Below are positions 48,747 through 62,123 of a stretch of DNA of 64,000 nucleotides, one piece after another (positions within the stretch are counted from its first letter, which is position 1; every line of letters begins with the position of its first letter). Both the position numbers and the translations under genes were made by a program. Under the pieces are notes generated by a model. It saw only the letters and a list, made by a program, of their open reading frames with translations, searched no databases and was not told the DNA's origin. The stretch lies in the NCBI RefSeq assembly GCF_001194135.2, contig NC_068984.1:23470551-23534550 (forward strand), in the 5' to 3' direction. Origin of the DNA: Octopus bimaculoides. Taxonomy: Eukaryota.

Positions 48747-50689
48747 CACACACACACACATATATATACATGTATATATAAGTGAAACTATGATATCACA
48801 TTACAATATAGATGTTATTGTTTCACTTTTGACATGTAATACAGAACCTGTGTAAGACATTGCTCCAGGTCCACATTAGGCAAGAAAGTTGAAAATTTTT
48901 TTGGCCCATGACACTCCACTTTCTGTATATCGATATGAATGTATGCATATTAATGTAATTGAAAAATGTTTATTCACTAATGAATGTATGGGTAACCTAC
49001 AACAGCTTAAAGAAACAGCATAACTGTATATAAAACAACACAAAATAAAAAATGCATTTTGAGTTTTAACGCATATCAGAAGACTATAAACTATATAACT
49101 AATGTAACTTGGTATATGATTGAACCTGATGATATCTTCCTTAGGAATATGTAATTGAGGAAAATATTTGTGGATAATTATAATACTCTAATTAATTGGA
49201 TAATGTTCTTTGGATAAAAATTACAATTTTATCAAGTAGATTTAGAATTGAGATTAATATAATAAATGTATCATCAATAATGATCAGTGTGTATACAAGA
49301 AATAGATTCACAGAGTGAATTAGGAATTTTTAAGGACCACAAAAGTACTTCCGATCTACAACAATAATACAAACATGAATACAAAAAGCACATTCAAGGA
49401 AACAAACAGGAAGATTTGTAAATAAAAGGAGGTAAATTAGAAAGAACAGCCACACTAAGAAACTATTGATAAATTAAGAACAAGGATTGTGAGCAAGCAG
49501 TACACCCCTTTAAGACAAAGTAATATGTTTAAGAATAGTATTGAAGTTAGCAAGGTAAGGTTAATATCCCATGGCTGTCAAACTAATGATTAATATAAAT
49601 ATATAAAGTGAGATAAAAAGGTATATACTAGGGCAGATGATGGATCACCATTATCTTAAATTTAATCTAAGATGTGGTGCAGAATAAAGGGAGAAAAAAA
49701 ATATCATAAGCATTACAGTATAGTTAATTAAACCACCTTTAGTGTGAATTTTATCCTCTTTATCATCTTTGTATATTGCTCTTAAGTGAAAATGTTAAAA
49801 TGAATCTTAGTTTTATCTTTTTAATGTCTGTTCCTGCATCAGTAAAACACATGGAGTAAGGAAGGAGTCTGACTTCTTCAGTCAAATCTAATATGTTTTT
49901 TTTCTTTCTTTCTTCTTTGGCCTACTGTGATGACTCACAAGTAAAGTCCAGAGGTTTTTCTTTTTTCATTTTCTCTTTTTCTTTGGTTTGCTGTGACTAT
50001 TCACAAGTAACTCCCGAAAATTCAATGGAACATTTTGATTGGTGCAAAAATCATAAATGTCTTTAAGTAAAAACATTGGACTACAAACACATGAAGATGG
50101 AGACAAACTCAAAATTCATAGATATTATGAATAATCTTTAATAATATCTTATGAATATGAAAGGGTCCTCACAAATGAATATGTAGGATGCTGAAACATA
50201 TGTCATAATACATTAATAAAGCCTACAAATTTCCATCTGCAAGACATTATTGTTATCATTATATTTATTCTAAGCTGAAAGGAGTTCTACATGTATAACC
50301 ATCCCACGGGATTAACCAAGAACTAAAAGTACAGGAGCTTTCAAGAGCATGTTCTATGACTTAAATGAGCCCTGGGACTGATATAACCAACTAAGACCCT
50401 TGAAAGTGGTGCCCTTCCCCCATGGCATCAATCCAATAACAGAAACAAGTAAAAGAGTACACTTACTTATGTACATGCACATACACATACATATGCACAT
50501 ACATACATACATACACACATACACACATACATATTTACATACATATGTACATACATCTATATGCTTAGATACTGTCACATATGCATACAACCAATAGATT
50601 GTAAAGAGACGATAACCACAAGATAGTGATGTGTGGGTGGCTGCTGTACTGCAAACACTCCGAAGCCATGGAAGCAGGAGAAAAACTAG

Positions 50690-50931
50690 ACATGATGATG
50701 ATGATAAGGAGGAGGGGGGAGGATGATGATGATGACAACGATGCTGCTGCCACCGCCACTGCAAACAATGATGACAACGATGATGATGATAACGGTGAGT
50801 AGGCAGAAGAGGATAAACAGGAGAAAGAGGAAGTGGAAGAGGAGGAGGATAAACAGGAGAAAGAGAAGGAGGAATAAGAGGAGGATGCTGATGGTAGAAG
50901 TGATGGTGAGGATAAAAACGATGATGATGAA

Positions 50932-50964
<33 letters not shown>

Positions 50965-51025
50965 AATGATGGTGATGATAATGATGGTGATGATTGGTGG
51001 TGGTGGTGACAGTAGTGGTAATGAT
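50690..51025. repeat. (GAT)n/(GAG)n low-complexity tract
   Basis: Read directly; a similar tract at 58515-58770. Confidence 0.9.
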
Positions 51026-51245
51026 GATTGTTTTTTTTCAATCAGATGAAGAAAAGGAATCACTAAAGCCTTCTTTCTTTCTTTCTTTCTTTCTTTCTTT
51101 TCTTTTTCTTTGGTGCATGGCTTCCTTGTCTAATAGAGAAATGGGAGACAGAAATTATCCTCAGAACAGAGATCTGCTCTTAATGGCTTGCAATAGGATG
51201 AACTCTACAAGAACCACCCAAGGGCTAATCTCGGTGACAAATTAA

Positions 51246-51465
51246 CCCTTTAGCATTTACTCCAGCCATATCCAGCCCAAATATTCTATCTGTTTTAAGT
51301 CCAAACTAGTCAGATTCTACCTCTCACACCTTCCCTACAATGTCATTTTGAAAATATACAATCACATCATCGAAATTTCTATGCTACAAGACGATAAATG
51401 ATTAGTTGAAAACAACATAACTAAACGAACATTACATCTGACAGAGTCATGTGAATGCTAAAGGG
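51246..51465. mobile_element. 220-bp TTAA-specific (piggyBac-like) MITE
   Basis: TTAA|CCCTTTAGCATT ... AATGCTAAAGGG|TTAA; TSD at 51242-51245 and 51466-51469. Confidence 0.9.
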
Positions 51466-52734
51466 TTAAATCTGTCATCAAACTCCAAGCACAATCCATT
51501 TGATGAGCTTCTGCAACATTTCCCTCTGCCCCATTTTATTCAAAAGGTATCCAAAATAATAGTAGAAGAGACTTGCCCAAGGTTCCACATAGCGGAATCA
51601 AACATTGAACATGCAATCATGAAGTTAACTTCTTAACCACACAGCCATGCATGTACCCACAAATTTTGATAATATGAGCATCAGTGATGATGATGATGAT
51701 GATGGTAGAGATGATTATAATTACGATGACTACAACTATCAACCATACACCTATGGATACACACATAAATTCAAAACCTAGAACACACCAACACATTTAT
51801 AAACATACTGATATACTTACAAAGTATAAGGCTGTTAATAATTTGGATTGAAAAATAGCAGCAAGTTTGTAAATGGTTTTTGACACATTAGTAAGAAAGA
51901 TATTTAGATACAGCACATTTAGATAAATTTGTCCATTAGTAAAAACAGAAATTTGTCATTATATAGAATGTTAGGATGTTAAAAAGAAAATGGAAATAGC
52001 TTTACTAAAGATAAAGAAAAAAATTAATATTTTCTTTCTCCTATATATGCATGCAAGTGTGTGGGTGTATTATGGGTACACACACACACACACACATATA
52101 TATATAATAGATATTTATTATACATATATATTGTTGCATATATTTAGATTATATTAAAAATTTGTGGACTAGAAATCATTAATGTCTTTGTCAAAAAGAA
52201 GAAAAAAAATATGAATTTTAATGGCAGACATTTGAATTGAATTGATCTCAACACAATCTTATTCATGCCTAATGGGTAATTCACAAATCGCCTGTTTAAG
52301 ATAAGCATGTCTTGGTGAAAGTTTCCAAAATACTTTGTTTCTTTTTAGTATTCACCAGACAAAAGCTAAATTCACTGAAGTGGAAAGTGATAGAAAGGTG
52401 CACACTGAGTGACAATATTAGGTTACATTATATTACATTAAACTGTATTGTGTTTCATTCTGTTCAGCTTTTGGTAAAAAAAAAATGTGATGCAAGGAAA
52501 TCACTTTGGGGTCTAGGATATAATATGAAATAAAATGGATGGATAATAAGATTTAGGTTCATTAAGATTTTCAGAGATTTCATTTCGTGCTGAAATGGTT
52601 CCATTAATACCGATGGATTGGTTTGCTGTATTGGTTTTCCTATTTCAAAAGATAGATTAGGACAGGAGGCCATGATGTCTAGTTATTGTGGTCACTGTTC
52701 AATTTTCAGCTTCAATAGGCATGAATTACAGCCT

Positions 52735-53200
52735 GAGAGCAGTGGTAAGGGGAGGACAGAGAACAAGAGAGAGAGAGAGAGATAGAGCAAGAGAGAGGCA
52801 GTGAACATGAGAGAGAGAAGCAGAGAACAAGAGAGGGAGAGAGAGAGAGAAAAGCAGTAAAAATAAGAGAGAAACAGAGTAAAAAGAAAAAAAAGAGAGA
52901 GAGAGAGAAAGACAACATACATGAGAAAGAAGAACAGAGAACAATAGGCAGAAAACAAGTAAGACAGGAAATGTAAGAATAAGGGAAAGAAGCATTGAAA
53001 AGGAGTGAGAAGGGGAGGGAGGAAGAGAAAAAGAGAGAGGTAGATAGAAAGAGAGAGAGATAGAGAGAAAGAGCATGACAGCATATAGAGGGAGAAAGAG
53101 AAAGAGCAAAAAAGAAAGAGTGATAGATAAAGAGAGTGGAGAATCATACAGAGAAAAATGAAAAGAGAGAAAATGAGTGCATCAAGTAGATAAACAGGTA
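52735..53200. repeat. Long polypurine (GA-rich) low-complexity tract
   Basis: About 460 bp dominated by A and G on the plus strand. Confidence 0.9.
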
Positions 53201-53284
53201 GATTAAATTAAGATTACTGAGCTGAAGATAAAACACAGGTAAAGAATAAGAAATGGAAACAATAGTGTAATATATATACATATA

Positions 53285-53447
53285 GGCGTAGGAGTGGCTG
53301 TGTGGTAAGTAGCTTGCTTACCAACCACATGGTCCCGGGTTCAGTCCCACTGCGTAGCATCTTGGGCAAGTGTCTTCTACTATAGCCTCGGGCCGACCAA
53401 TGCCTTGTGAGTGGATTTGGTAGACGGAAACTGAAAGAAGCCTGTCG

Positions 53448-53482
<35 letters not shown>

Positions 53483-53665
53483 ATGTGTTTGTATGTCTGT
53501 GTTTGTCCCCCCAACATCGCTTGACAACCGATGCTGGTGTGTTTATGTCCCCGTAACTTAGCGGTTCGGCAAAAGAGACCGATAGAATAAGTACTAGGCT
53601 TCCAAAGAATAAGTCCTGGCGGTGCTCCAGCATGGCCACAGTCAAAAGACTGAAACAAGTAAAAG
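53285..53665 (+). mobile_element. Bipartite tRNA-derived SINE (family A)
   Basis: ggcgtaggagtggctgtgtggtaag...ggttcagtcccactgcg...ccttgggcaagtgtc-like core; runs into a gap. Confidence 0.9.
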
Positions 53666-54444
53666 NNNNNNNNNNNNNNNNNNNNNNNNNNNNNNNNNNN
53701 NNNNNNNNNNNNNNNNNNNNNNNNNNNNNNNNNNNNNNNNNNNNNNNNNNNNNNNNNNNNNNNNNNNNNNNNNNNNNNNNNNNNNNNNNNNNNNNNNNNN
53801 NNNNNNNNNNNNNNNNNNNNNNNNNNNNNNNNNNNNNNNNNNNNNNNNNNNNNNNNNNNNNNNNNNNNNNNNNNNNNNNNNNNNNNNNNNNNNNNNNNNN
53901 NNNNNNNNNNNNNNNNNNNNNNNNNNNNNNNNNNNNNNNNNNNNNNNNNNNNNNNNNNNNNNNNNNNNNNNNNNNNNNNNNNNNNNNNNNNNNNNNNNNN
54001 NNNNNNNNNNNNNNNNNNNNNNNNNNNNNNNNNNNNNNNNNNNNNNNNNNNNNNNNNNNNNNNNNNNNNNNNNNNNNNNNNNNNNNNNNNNNNNNNNNNN
54101 NNNNNNNNNNNNNNNNNNNNNNNNNNNNNNNNNNNNNNNNNNNNNNNNNNNNNNNNNNNNNNNNNNNNNNNNNNNNNNNNNNNNNNNNNNNNNNNNNNNN
54201 NNNNNNNNNNNNNNNNNNNNNNNNNNTGTGTGTGTGTGTTATTTTTTTACTACACAAAAGGGGCTACACACAGAGGGGACAAACAAGGACAGACAAACAG
54301 ATTAAGTCGATTATATCGACCCCAGTGTGTAACTGGTACTTATTTAATCAACCTCGAAAGGATGAAAGACAAAGTCGACCTCGGTGGAATTTGAACTCAG
54401 AACGTAGCGGCATGCTAACGTTTCTGCCAGCTGCTGCCAAATAC

Positions 54445-54482
<38 letters not shown>

Positions 54483-54800
54483 GTGTGTAGGTGTATGATG
54501 CACATAAACAAGCTTTGTGTTGCCAAGTTTTCTCTGTGAAACTATTAGTTAAAAGAGGATGTAGTAAACGATGAACGTACATGTATCTGCTTATTTGTCT
54601 CCACTACACACATACACAGACACATGCACATACACACACATGCAAACAAATAAAATGTATATATACATATCATACATATATATATATATCATCATCATCA
54701 TCATCATCATCATTGATTAACGTCTGTTTTCCATGCTGGCATGGGTTTGACGGTTTGACTGAGGTCTGGAGAGCCAACGGCTGCACCAGGCTCCAATCTA

Positions 54801-54841
<41 letters not shown>

Positions 54842-54944
54842 CATGTAAAAATATATGATATAATATATGTAACAATACATTATATATATAAATGCATTCT
54901 TTGTTTTACTCTTTGATTTGTTTCAGTCATTTGACTACAGGTAA

Positions 54945-56240
54945 TGAAAGCTATAGAGATGGACATAGCTTAATTAATTAGGAAGAGATGCAGTTTGGTT
55001 TTGTGCCAGGGAGAAGCACTAGTGATGCTATATTCCTGGTAAGGCAGCTGCAGGAGAAGTACTTAGCCAGAAATAAACCTCTGTACTTGGCTTTTGTTGA
55101 CATGAGGAAAACCTTTGACAGAGTCCCCCACTCCCTCATCTGGCGGACAATGCAGAAGCTGGGGATAGATGAGTGGTTGGTGAGAGCTCTACAAGCCATG
55201 TATAAAGATGCAGTCAGTAAGGTGAGGGTTGGCAATGAGTAAAGCAATGAATTCAGTGTACAAGTAGGAGTTCAGCAATGATCAGTTCTCAGCTCCCTCT
55301 TGTTCATCATAGATCTCCAGGCTATAACAGAAGAATTTAAGACAGACTGCACATGGGAGTTCCTCTATGCTGATGACCTTGTTCTTATAGCTGAATCACT
55401 ACCAGAACTAGAGAAGAAATTTCAGGAGTGGAAGCAAGGTCTGGAATCAAAGGACCTTAGAGTTAATTTAGCAAAGACCAAAGTTTCAGTAAGTAGGAAA
55501 ATGGACAAATCACAAATTCCTTCAGGGAGATGGTCCTGCTCGATATATAGAAAAGGTGTCAGTAGAAACTCCATAAGGTGTATCTGATGCAAACTATGGA
55601 TACATATGAGGTGCAGTAATATCAGAGGAAGGTTAACAATGAAAGTAGTCTTTGAGTGTGACAGATGTATAGGTACAATAAACATTAGTAATGTACAGAA
55701 AATAGACTCCATCAAATGTGAAGGAGGATACTTCGAAGTAGTAGATAGCTTCCATTATCTAGATAACCAAGCCAGCAGTGGAGGTGGATGTCCTGAGAAC
55801 ATAGCTGCTAGAATAAGAATAAGCTGGGCAAAGTTCAGAGAGCTTCTACTTTCGTTGGTACTTTTGTTGGTAACAAAGGGCCTCTCCTTGAGAGTGAATG
55901 ACTGATTGTATGATGCCTGTATGCAAACACCCATGTTAAACAGCAGTGAAACATGGGATGTGACTGCAGAGGCCATGTGAAGGGTTGAAAGAAATGAAGC
56001 TAGTATGCTTCGCTGGATGTGCTATGTCAGTGTGCACATACAACAGTGCAAGCATCTTGAGAGAAAAATTAGGTACAAGAGACATCAGATGTGGTGTGCA
56101 AGAGAGAACACTGTGCTGGTATGGTCATATGATGTGAATGGATAAGGACAGCGTCATAGAGAAGAGCCAATCTCTGATTGTGGAGGGAATCTTTGGAAAA
56201 AGTACACCCAGGAAGACATGGGATGAGGTGGTGACAAGAA
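54945..56240 (+). mobile_element. 5'-truncated RTE-clade LINE (RT domain plus C-terminus, with stops and frameshifts)
   Basis: QFGFVPGRSTSDAIFLVRQLQEKY...AFVDMRKTFDRVP...LYADDLVLIAES...LRVNLAKTKV...EVVDSFHYL; a second copy of the RT mid-region follows at about 56240-56360. Confidence 0.95.
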
Positions 56241-57136
56241 TAGGGATGCTGTTAGTAAGGTGAGGATTGGCGATGAGTATAGCAATGAATTCAGTATACA
56301 AGTAGGGGTTCACCAAGAATCAGTCCTCAGCTTTCTCTTGTTCATCATAGTCTTTGAGACCTTTGGCAATTTGCTGTGCTTGAGAAGACACATCAATCCA
56401 AGTGAAATTATAGTCAGTACCAGTGACTCATAAAAAGCGCCCATGCCAGTGTCACATAAAAGGGATTCATGCTGGCAACATGTAAAAAGCACCTGTGCCA
56501 GTAACAAGTAGAAGGCGCCCATGCTGGTGACATGTAAAAGGCACTCAATTCACTCTTGGAGTGGTTGGCATTAGGAAGGGCATCCAACTAGAAACTAGAA
56601 TTTCTTCATTTGTAATTTAATTTTGACCGATTGAGGTAATTTCTCATTGTAAACATCAAATCAAAGTGAAACACTTTGGTATGTTGGATACTAGTAAGTA
56701 CAGTACATAATATTTATATATGTGGAGTGTAACTTGTTTTGCTACATTAAGCAAATGTCCAAATAGCTTGAAGAGGAAAATAAATCAGTTAAAGAAAAAA
56801 GAGTTAAAACTTTTAATCATTTTTGTACACTTTATATACTTAGAATTTTTAAATTGCTACACACACACGTACACACAATCAATTTTCATATGCTTTTCAG
56901 TGCTGTCAAGGATTGGACAACCTATCTTGAATCGTTATTTCACAATAGGGTGCCATTCCTGTTCCCAACCTTTTTAATCATTTCTTTTGAAAAGCAGGGA
57001 CAGAGTGTATCTATTCTCAAACCAGGAGTCTCTCTCTCTTTCTGTCTCTGTCTGTCTATCTGTATCTCTCTCTCTAATCTCTCTCTCTCTCTCTCCCACA
57101 CACACACACATAATTTATAATTCAAATATTACTTAC

Positions 57137-57269
57137 TTATTTCACCTGGGTTGACAACCACATTAATAGAAGCAACACACTCATAATAACACTCTGGTGG
57201 AGGTTCAAGCTGCCACTTCTTGTGTCCAGTCACCTGAGCTTGCCATGATGGGTCACCAACATTATCAAC
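57137..57269 (-). CDS. JmjC/cupin-domain protein, penultimate exon (133 nt)
   Basis: ttttgtctag|GTT GAT AAT GTT...GAA ATA A|gtaagt; VDNVGDPSWQAQVTGHKKWQLEPPPECYYECVASINVVVNPGEI. Missed by the ORF track (no ATG). Confidence 0.92.
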
Positions 57270-57437
57270 CTAGACAAAAGAAAGGTCATGAAACATTAAT
57301 AACCTTATACAGGTTCATTACCACCTAAAAGAAAAAAATATAATTAATTTGTGTCTTCTACTATAGCCCCAAGCTGCCAAAGACTTGTGAGTGACTTTGG
57401 TGGATGGAAAGTGTATAGAAACCCATGATATATATAA

Positions 57438-57900
57438 ACTAGCTGATGTACCCAGTAATTCCCGGGAAAGCAGGGCTTATCCCTTGGTTTCATTCTCATA
57501 ATTGTTTCGCAAATCCAATAACAACAATTCAAAGTATGTAGCCCTTAAAACGGTTTTTGTGCATTTACAGAGAATACTGAACTGTCTTACACAGAATCTT
57601 GTTTTTAGGAATAACCAAATCGTGAAGTCAGTTATGTAATAACATGAAATTAGTTACCCAATAGTAAGAATTCAAATAAAGTAGCCCTGAAAAGGGCTTT
57701 AATGCATTCCCAGAGTATATAAAACAAAGGAGGAAATACTAATAAGGTATGTATACTAAAATCATGAAGTATGTTACATAATAACAGGCTAATCAGGTAG
57801 GAGATAATAATTCAAAGTAAATAATTCTGGAAAGGACTTTTGTGCATTCCCAGAGAATATTACCCTCAGCGGCGCTAGTGTTGGTATATTTTTGAATATG
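57438..57900 (+). mobile_element. Possible Helitron/Helentron-derived element with three degenerate units of about 140 bp
   Basis: Starts aactagctgatgtacccagtaattcccggg (resembles non-autonomous Helitron 5' ends); aattcaaa...gtgcatt(c/t)(c/a)cagag recurs at about 57525, 57669 and 57810. Confidence 0.35.
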
Positions 57901-59340
57901 TCACTAACGGAAATAAGTGGATCTATTGTTTAGGAAAATACTATTTACTTGTTTAAGGGTTGTACTGGATAAATTGTGAAAATAACTCTAACAGTTCAAA
58001 TACTAAGAAATAAAGCATACTCAATTTCATTTTTACCAAATAATACTGGTTTTAAATTTTGGGCACAAGGCCAGTAATTTCAGGGAAGCAGGTAGGACTA
58101 TTATATTGACACTAGTGCTTGACTGGTACTTATTTTATCAACTCCGAAACGATGAAAAACAAAGTCGACCTCGGATGAAATGCTGCTAAGCAATTTGCCT
58201 GGCATGCTAACGATTCTGTCAGTTCATTGCCTTATATTGTTCTAAATTATTCCTGTACTGCTTCTTGAATTCTTTCAGTGCTCTTTCCTTTCCTTCTGAT
58301 TGAAAAAATCAGTGTAGTATAAACTACCGTTTAGTGTCCAGTGAGGGCTATCAACCTGATAAATAGCAAAAGAAAACAGTAATCAACACCACCCTTCAAT
58401 CTTACTACACTTTTGTCCAAACAATTGGAACAAAACAAAAATATTGTGATTGTGGTGTATGTCATGCTTGAATACTTACTAATTCAGTATTGATTTGTTG
58501 ACAGAAATAAATCAATCATGATAAGGATGATGACGATGATCATGGTGATCATGGTGGTGGTGGTGGTAGTTATGGTGGTGATGGTGGTGAAAGTGATAGT
58601 GTTGTAACAGTGATAATGATGATGATGACGACAATGACAGTGGTGGTGGTGAAAGTGATAGTATGGTACCAATGATGATGATGATGATGGGTGGGGTGGG
58701 TGGTGATGGCAGTGGTATTGGTGGTGTCTGTGACAGTGATGTTGATGGTGGTAGTGGTGATGACAATGAACCAGTATTAAATAGCTTCTCAGCCTTGACT
58801 GATAGGAAAGATTTTTTTTCAAAGCACCAGCCTCCAAGGCAAAGTGAGCAATGAGCTAAATCATTGCTTTGCATTATTTAGAATGTGAAAAGGCGGTGAG
58901 CTGGCAGAAATGTTAACACGCTGGGCAAAATGCTTAGCAGTATTTCGTCTGTCTTTATGCTCTGAGTTCAAATTCCGCCGAGGTCAACTTTGCCTTTCAT
59001 CCTTTCAGGGTCGATAAATTAAGTACCAGTTGCATACTGGGATCGATCTAATCGACTGCCCCCACCCCAAATTTCGGGCCTTGTGCCTAGAGTAGAAAAG
59101 ATTATTTAGAATGTGCAGGTGACAAAGATGTGGACAAATGAATGAGCTAGTTAAACACTGGGTGGGGGTGTTCTTTTGTGAAGCGTGAATTTGCTTTTGT
59201 TTACACAAACACACACACACACACACATATACATATCTCATCATCACCATCATCANNNNNNNNNNNNNNNNNNNNNNNNNNNNNNNNNNNNNNNNNNNNN
59301 NNNNNNNNNNNNNNNNNNNNNNNNNNNNNNNNNNNNNNNN

Positions 59341-59388
<48 letters not shown>

Positions 59389-60475
59389 TTCTGAGCTGAA
59401 AATAAAACACAGGTAAAGAATAAAAAATGGAAACAATAGTGTAATATATATACATACATATTTGCTTTTGTTTAGAAAACTAACTGAAGCATAGTTTTAA
59501 GTACTATTAACATAATCAGAGGTAAAACATAATGGTAAATATAAGATTTGAACTAATCACCAAGTAGTAAATAGAGCAGCACATGAACCTCGGAGTCACT
59601 GTAATTGTTTATTTTAAAAGCATATTTCACATACCACAACAGATAAACATTTTAATGGACTTACTAAACAGAATAGTGACTTTGTTATGAACCTTAGTTG
59701 AGGATTTAGTTGTGCACAAATCATGTAGTAAGTGTGTATGTATATATATATATCATCATCATCATCATCCTTCGCTTCTTCATCATGTTTTGACAGTCTG
59801 TTGTCTGTTCATCTGCTCAGCATCCAGTGATACTTGCCATTAATTCAATAAGTTCATTTGCTGAAACAGTTCACATCCACTATGCTGCATCCTATGATTT
59901 CAATGTATCTTGGCTTGGGTAGTTACATACTATTTAACCCTAACAAGTACTACTACCCTGGGTCAGAGCAGACCTGGGAACAATAGTAGGCAAGAGGTGG
60001 TTCCATACCTCTCAAAACCCTGGGACTCCCAAGCAAGGGCCCAAATACCGGATTGATAAATGAGGGTAAAAGGAACATGTTGCTGAATTTTACTACTACA
60101 ACAATCAAGCAAATTTTGGTCAAGAAAACAAGCAATCAAAAATATTAATCACCTTTGTTATCACAGGTATATTTCAAAGTGTGGTATATTTAATAGTAAC
60201 ATCACAATAATAGCAATAATAGGGGATTTGATACAAAGGTGGAGTGCAAGGTAACATATTTTCAGGGGTCTCATTTTCAGGAATATCTTTCAGGTTTCAA
60301 ACTTTTTTACACATTTTTTTTTTCCATTTCAGGCTCAATTAATACCAATCAAATGCTTTATTCAATCAGCTATTTTCATAGTCTAGGTTTGTTTAAGCAA
60401 AGTTAACTGGAATCACTCAACATTAACATCCATGTGATATGAAGAAAAAATTTTAAAATAGCAAAAAATACCTAC

Positions 60476-60611
60476 ATGCATTTCAGCACCATATCCAGGA
60501 GTTCCCATGAAGATCCAATCTGTTCTACTAGATTCTGAAACTGCTGGTAGGAAGTATGGCTTGGAATAATGTTGACGTAATATCCCTCCAGCCACAATAT
60601 CACAGTTGCTC
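60476..60611 (-). CDS. JmjC/cupin-domain protein, internal exon (136 nt)
   Basis: catttcttcag|G AGC AAC TGT...ATG CAT|gtaggt; SNCDIVAGGILRQHYSKPYFLPAVSESSRTDWIFMGTPGYGAEMH; joins the next exon to give the H-V-D metal-binding motif. Upstream exons not found in the window. Confidence 0.92.
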
Positions 60612-60963
60612 CTGAAGAAATGAAAAAGAAAAAGAATTTTTTTAAAAATCAATCATTTCAAAACCTAAACTCCAAACTGCCCCAAACAATAACTCACAAC
60701 CACAGTCGAAAATAAAAATATAAATCTATAACATATAAACAGCAATTGCTCAATAATTTATTTGCCAGAGATCTTTAATCAGTCTATCACAACACCAATG
60801 CAAAAGGCTCACTCAAAATCTGTAAAAGACACCTGTACAAGAAAATTGGGTTGAGGGCTACTGGAGATCTGTATAAACAAAGGATGAATTCAACAAACAA
60901 ACTGTGTAACTAAAAGAATTGGAGCAGGACAACAAAAACTGAAAGAAGCCCATTGTATATATG

Positions 60964-61015
<52 letters not shown>

Positions 61016-62086
61016 TGTGTTTGTCCCCTCCATCATCGCTTGACAACCGATGCTGGTGTGTTTACATCCCCGTAACTTAGCGGCTCGGCAAAAGAGACCG
61101 ATAGAAAAAGTACTAGGCTTGGGGTCGATTTGCTCGACTAAAGGTGGTGCACCAGCATGGCCGCAGTCAAATGACTGAAACAAGTAAAAGAGTATATATG
61201 TACTACATAGATACATCTATAGATATATAAACACACACACACATGCATGTATGTGTAATGTATTTTATATATATATATATGTATTATGAGGGTGCATGAC
61301 CTAGCGGTTAGGGTATTAGGGTGTTGCACTCACGGTCATGAGATCATGGTTTCAATTCCTAGACTGGGTGGTACATTGTGTTCTTGAGCAAAATGCTTCA
61401 TCTCATGCTGCTATGATGTGTGGTACGCAGTGCACTTGTTTAGATAACAACAATTTGATGAAGAGAGTGGGCTAATGTACAGCACACACATTTGATCATT
61501 ATAAGCAAATCATTTGTGCAGGTCATTCAGCAAAAGCTGAATGCTCATAAGTCATCTTCAACATGAGAGTCCAACATATATATATCCATGTATTATATTT
61601 TATATGATAATGATGATGATGCATATTATATTATATGTGTGTGTGTGTGTCATCACCATCATCATCACCATCACTGTCCTTTAATATCCACTGACTGTGC
61701 TGGCATGGGTTGGACAGTTTGACAGGAGCTGGTAACCCAAAAGACTGCACCAAGCTCTAATATCTGCTTTGGCATGGTTTCCCTGGTTAGATGCTCTTCC
61801 TAATGCCAACCACTCCGAGAGTCTAGTGGGTGCTTTTACATGTCACCGGCACGAGGGTCAGTCAGGTGGTACTGGCAACGGCCATGCTCAAATGGTGATT
61901 TTTACGTGCCACCTGCACAGGAGCCAGTCCAGCGACACTGGCAACAACCTCGCTTGAATGATTTTTCATGTGCCAGTAAGGCGACGCTGGTAACAATCAT
62001 GCTCAAATGGTGCTATTTACATGCCAGACAGCTGCTCTGGCAATGGTCATGCTCGGACGGTGCTGTTAGCACTCCACTGGCACGGG

Positions 62087-62123
<37 letters not shown>

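Noticed and set aside
50354-51063. ORFs of 108-158 aa over GAT/GAG repeats (likewise 52692-53147 and 58484-58874)
   Set aside because: Homopolymeric translations of low-complexity DNA with no splice or domain support.
53214-54498. Long ORFs of 200-347 aa (also 62380-63106)
   Set aside because: Artefacts of N gaps translated as X.
60760-60837. Possible upstream JmjC exon after the minus-strand acceptor ttttcttgtacag
   Set aside because: No frame gives JmjC-like sequence ending in the required phase-2 TG, and no suitable donor was found.
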